Positions 61,201 to 64,000 of a DNA stretch of 64,000 nucleotides are shown piece after piece. This DNA is from Takakia lepidozioides (Eukaryota; Plantae; Bryophyta): positions 17,856,001-17,920,000 of the forward strand of contig CM060731.1 in NCBI GenBank assembly GCA_030704615.1, given 5' to 3'. Made by a program: the position numbers and the translations under genes. Below the pieces are notes generated by a model. That model saw only the letters and a program-made list of their open reading frames with translations, was not told the DNA's origin and did no database searches. The stretch's first letter is position 1, and each line of letters opens with the position of its first letter.

Positions 61201-63134
61201 AAATGATCGTTTTAAAAGCCACTTGTTTGATTAGAAGCAGCTTCATCAGTTTGATTTGGTCATATTCTTGCCAATCTGGAACTATTATCAGGAACTCAAC
61301 ACTGAGAAAACCCCATTCTTTTTACTACAAGAAAAGAATGGACAGGTGCAGGTATCATTTCCTTTCAACATCTCCAAACACCAACGGACTGGAGAAGTAT
61401 GCTTACCAGGAGGCGGCACATAAGAAGACCAGGTAAGAAGGCTGCGACTGTGGGCACAGCTGCTGTGGCCAATGACCATACCAACACCCCTGCTTGCAAG
61501 ACCTTCCTGCATATCCAGATCCTCCAGGCTTAACCTCCCCTGGCACTCGAACATAGCCTCAATCAATTCTACCAAAACTGGTATCTACCATCTGCTCGCA
61601 TGAAAGAGGAGAGAGCACCAACGTGTCTAGAGAGCACCTAGCAACCCAACGTCTCGCTTTCAGAAGTAGCCCATCCCTGCTTCTTTATCCATATCACGAT
61701 GCACTCCTTAGACTTCAGGTGCCATAGCCTGATGGCCATAGGCTCAACTACACATATAATGGTAACTCTCCAAAGAAAAGAAAGTGTGACCTCCTACAGG
61801 CGGGAGTGTGATTTGCATGAACACCTACCAGCAGAATTGCTTCTGAGAGTAGCTGCTGAGTGAGGGGATGATGTAATCATTAATCATTGTTTGTGAATGG
61901 TGAAGGGCATAGTCCACCCAAGGTACAAATGCTGTAAACCCTTACCCAGATCCACACCTACCACAAGAGGGTCTCCTGGCTCCTGCGATTCATCATTTGG
62001 AAGACAAGATTGTCCCAACGAGGAGCCAGTTCCAGTTGTAGCATGAGCATTCAATTCTTCTTGGATCTAATAAATTGTAACGTAATGTCACGAGTTAATT
62101 ATCTACTTAAGTCTTCCACTTGCACTCTTTATGAACCCTTTTGCTCTACTAAAAAGGCAGCTGTGCTGATTACTCCAGAGTAAAAAGCTGCTGTAGGATT
62201 TCCCAATGGATACTAAAAGCATTCATCTAAAAATCGCTCCAAAAGTTCTTCGCAAACAAAGAAACAAGCAATTCCGTGGGATTGGAAGGCACCAGGGGAG
62301 AGAGAAAGATCGGTCACCTCCCCGAAAATCGCTTCGCCAGCCATCCCCCAGGAAGCTGACTGAGAGCATAACCCCAGAAGAAGGACGACTGGACCAGGCC
62401 CGCTGTTGATGAATTCCACCCCAGCTGATGGGAAATAGGTATGATGGCCACGCTCATGTTCACCTGTCCCTCGGACATGCCCCAATACTCTGTCATAACT
62501 GGTGGTTCGTCTCTCTGCTGCTGGGAGCCATGTTTTGGTCCAGGAAGCACACCAGGAATAAACTCGTAACCATAATGCGACACGATATCATGCAAAAGAA
62601 AACAGGGAGAGGATTTGAGAGAGTTGAAGGGACCTTATCCATGTTGCAAATTACGAATGCAAGAGACGTGGTCACAATCAGCTTGTATCTTTGAGGGAGA
62701 CGGTTCCAAAATCCTTGAGGAACAACTTCCAAATTACTTGTTGTGGAGTCAGGTTTATAGTCCGAGTTCTCATCTTCCTCTTCGTCCTTTACGAATGTCT
62801 CCTTGAAAGGTACCTTTGGCCGAGACGCAAAGGCTTTGCCTGCTTGGTGGCGAAGGGTCTGAGATACAAATATAGAAGATAACGACGAAGAGTACCTTTG
62901 TCTCAAGGTTGAGTTTATATCTCTCCAGATCCCACCTTCGCCATTGTGTACATCATGGTATACTACCTGCCTTGACAAACGTCTCTGTGATTGTGAGCTA
63001 TTTTGTACCCTAACTTTCGAACCGAGGAATCTGATGGTTTGAGCTCCAATTTGAATCACAGTGCAGGAATGCAGAGTAACGGGATTCACACGTATGCCTT
63101 CCATGCTGCGCTTCCAGCGATGAGAGAAAGCCAA
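55290..63134 (-). CDS. PHT4;5: Plastid anion/phosphate transporter (MFS, SLC17-like), PHT4;5/ANTR6-type, about 14-15 exons
   Basis: Exons encode RYKLIVTTSLAFVICNMDK (to 62634), VNMSVAIIP...QLPGGWLAK (62463-62318), KVLQAGVLVWSLAT (61506-61407), VGLGEGVSPSAATDLIAR (60912-60860), ERSRAVAVVFGG, LLLAPLIIENLGWESVFY, VPWRAFFKSPAVWAMIYAHFCGNWGHY, VRKVCQSIAF, GLYCTHQDISPQYAS, GITNTFGAIPG and LALFAPSIFFYLTG...* (55385-55290). Central-loop exons are uncertain. Confidence 0.92.
56981..57250 (-). mobile_element. Copy 3 of the intronic LINE 3' end, plus an 18-bp mini-copy at 57222-57239
   Basis: The reverse complement matches copies 1 and 2 (CCAACTTT.AAAGTCTCGAGGCTGA...CACACAGCAGATTGATGCTTGTGTGAAGGG...TCTTATGAGTACATT). 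A second ACGTCTTATGAGTACATT is flanked by GGTGAACA(C/G)A(C/G)AGAG repeats, next to (GA)n. Confidence 0.85.
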
Positions 63135-64000
63135 GGCAGAGCACCTGCGTATAATGCACAGATTGATTTAACTCCAGGAAAAGGAGAGGTTGGAAGCAAT
63201 TTCCAGTTCCAGTCTTGAAGCAATTCTCGTCTTTTGAACGAATACAGGCCAACGATTAAGCACAGATGGACCTTGACCCTCTTAAAATTCGATTCCAAGT
63301 CTGCGGCTCTCAAACCATAACTTATGACTATGTGGCGGAGTGTCAGGGGCTCAAGTTTTCCACAATCGCACACGGTGTAAGAATCCTGTCCGATACACAA
63401 TCCCACCAAACCCGAGTGTCTATTCTCCCCCTAGAACTCTGAATTTGGATGACTAACAGCAGATCAAGGACACCGAAAACGTTGGATACTCTCAGTGGTT
63501 CGCATTGAAACCTAGAATATCGTTTTGTCAAAGCCTAGTGCAATCTTTTAGCGGATACGTGTGCTGAGTCTCTATGAGCGGCTGAATCCAACAAGAAAAC
63601 ATTTATCCACATCCCGGTAAAGCAGTTGACCATATCGCACAGGTTGACCTCGGGGGTATATACTAAACTCCCCCGACCCCCGTGTGACCACGTTTCACAG
63701 TTTGATCTGTGCTGGTCCGAGCTGCGTGCCTCAATGTTGGCGGCAGCCTTATCGGGGGCGAACTTTAGGGCTGGGTCATGGCAGCCAGCTGCTGATGAGA
63801 GACACGGATGGATAACTCTCATACGGGTCGGTATGAGAGTGCTTGTTTGTTCTACAAAATGGTGAAGGCAAACAGCATCTGCTCGAGTGTGGATGCCTTC
63901 CGATCTCCAGCCGACGACTGTTTGGTCTGGGGATGAACACGTTATTCAAAGGATCGCAGCTATACGGATCTTTCAACTTTTGAGAGCAAGGAGAGACCTC

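Overview
Eukaryotic nuclear DNA from a land plant, most likely a non-seed lineage (inferred from intron-rich plant genes and the transposon complement). About 60% is nested transposable elements. Host genes, all on the minus strand: a 12-exon Gfo/Idh/MocA-type NAD(P) oxidoreductase (12829-20056), a TPM-domain gene that may be truncated (about 51850-53849) and a plastid anion transporter PHT4;5/ANTR6 (55290-63134). A decayed, intron-containing gene for a bacterial-type beta-class N6-adenine/N4-cytosine DNA-methyltransferase-like protein lies head-to-head with the oxidoreductase (20814-21806). The centre (24577-48635) is one Ty3/Gypsy element ('family A') of unusual design: tRNA-Ala-like PBS, extra 5' ORF overlapping the gag ATG, a UUUAAAC + stem-loop/pseudoknot -1 frameshift signal, a dUTPase-like domain between protease and RT, and no chromodomain. 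It hosts an older Galadriel-type chromovirus (B2), a young intact copy of that family (B1) and a non-autonomous CACTA element, and has been reshuffled by a three-breakpoint, nearly loss-free rearrangement. A second decayed family-A copy at 1891-9785 carries LTR fragments and a Mutator-like element with arrays of GTYRAC-centred palindromes. Four 3' fragments of one LINE family sit in host introns at CT-rich sites. All assignments are by eye from motifs; no database search was run.
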